Shown one piece after another: positions 62,782 to 64,000 of a stretch of 64,000 nucleotides of DNA (position 1 is the first letter of the stretch; every line of letters begins with the position of its first letter). Source of the DNA: Podarcis vaucheri (lineage: Eukaryota); assembly GCA_965113315.1 (NCBI GenBank), contig OZ220369.1; one strand, 5' to 3'. A program made the translations under genes and the position numbers. The notes under the pieces were generated by a model. The model saw only the letters and a program-made list of their open reading frames with translations. It did not search any database and was not told the DNA's origin.

Positions 62782-64000
62782 GGGACTTCCGGAGGCGGCG
62801 CGAAACGAGTAATGGCGGTCCTCTTTGCGCAGCGAAGAGGGGCTCCGCAGAAAAGGGTCGTTCGCTACGGCAAAGCGACGACCCATTAAGTTAAACCACG
62901 AGCAGAGCGAGCTCGTGGCCGTGGGATCCGGCGGGCACCCAGAGCGACCCCCAAAACGAAGAAGGGACCCCGTAAGGGGCTCCGGAAGCGCGGAGGGGAA
63001 GCGGTGCTGTGGATTCATCGCTCTTTCTGCGGGAGTGAAGCCGCGCGGCTGTTACGGATGAGCGCCGACCTTTCTTCCTTTACATTGGATTACAAATCAA
63101 CTACTCGTGAGTAAGATTCACTTGAGATTGGATTACAAATTTATGAATTCGGCTGAAAGCGGGAGACGAGAAAAAGGAAGTCCGTCTCCCGGTGGTGCTT
63201 AGTGATCAAAGGCAAAGGAACTGTCAAGCTGGAAGCAGTACAAAAGGGCTTTTAAATGAGAGACAGCATACGTCTGGAGAAGCTGGAAACTGAAAGGAAA
63301 GGCAAGTTACCTTTATTTTCTTGCTATTGTGTTTATCTTGTTTGGGGATCTTCTCCTCTGCTGGACCTTTAAAATCTTTAAAGACTTGAAAACCCCCAGT
63401 CCCGGACTTGCAGCGGGGCAAAAGGCTGTTTTGCGGATACACTTACAAAGTTGAAACGGATACTCAGTGGCATTACTGGTGGATACAATTAAGCAACTGC
63501 ATTTTGCACCTTTTAAGAAACTATTGTGGCAACATAGAGAGGGCTCTGCCAGAGGGAAAAGGTCTTCTCTAAAGACTATGGTTAATTTACTTAACTGCAG
63601 GAACTTTAATGGCGACTGAAACTTTGTTTCTTCTTTCCTGAACTGAACAATACTCCCTCTAGTGGAGTTTGGGATTTACAATTTCCTGAGAACCAACTTT
63701 GTTTTGTCTCTCTGTGGTTTGGTTATTTGCTCTGAGGCCAGTCCTTCCCATGGAACTTTTGATAATTTGACCTTGAATCCAAAGACAGGTGTGGAATGAG
63801 CGACCGAGTAAAAACAAGAGCTGCGTCGAAAGCAGGGAAAGGCAAATTGGTACAAACAACTTTGGCTTCCCAGGCTCGTAGATCTTCAGTCCCTGCTGTT
63901 TTACAGGCTGTACCATCACCAACAACCCCAGCTGAAGAAGCTGAACAGTTAACAAGTGAAGATATGGCAGCTGGGGGATCTAACATTCTTTTAGAGGAAA
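62782..64000 (+). mobile_element. 5' end of an apparently full-length L1 (CpG-rich 5' UTR plus ORF1 start)
   Basis: Starts GGGACTTCCGG...AATGGCGG (ETS and YY1-like motifs typical of L1 5' ends), CpG-rich first 300 bp, about 1-kb UTR, then an ORF open to the window edge. Confidence 0.7.
63796..64000 (+). CDS. Putative L1 ORF1p N-terminus (partial)
   Basis: ATG at 63796, open to the end: MSDRVKTRAASKAGKGKLVQTTLASQARRSSVPAVLQAVPSPTTPAEEAEQLTSEDMAAGGSNILLEE; basic, disordered N-terminus as expected before the ORF1 coiled coil. Confidence 0.55.
   Translation, partial: MSDRVKTRAASKAGKGKLVQTTLASQARRSSVPAVLQAVPSPTTPAEEAEQLTSEDMAAGGSNILLEE

Overview
Vertebrate, non-mammalian genomic DNA, almost certainly from a squamate and probably a lacertid (Podarcis-like) lizard. 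The evidence is a full-length Sauria SINE with an (ACCTTT)n tail plus CR1, L2 and L1 LINEs and many hAT and Tc1/mariner MITEs. No host protein-coding sequence can be identified with confidence: the only recognisable protein-coding ORFs are retroelement remnants (L2 RT, CR1 RT, L1 ORF2 C-terminus, L1 ORF1 N-terminus). The one clear host feature is a CpG-island promoter at about 29.4-30.45 kb with GC boxes, CCAAT and ZNF143/THAP11-type motifs. It drives a minus-strand gene whose first exon ends at a GTAAGC donor at 29961, with candidate further exons at 28439-28593 and 15483-15518. Bases 1-29.9 kb would then be mostly intron and 30.5-64 kb upstream intergenic DNA, both carrying repeat-free, homeobox-motif-rich blocks that look like conserved enhancers. 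The more unusual observations are about mobile elements: solo LTRs carrying an acidic-then-basic reading frame from base 2, a hAT MITE with orientation-flipping palindromic 60-bp repeats, two hAT elements stacked at one target site inside a SINE, and MITEs carrying the same paired ACTACAnnTCCCA motif as the host promoter. I found no convincing wholly new biological system, and the findings are hypotheses.
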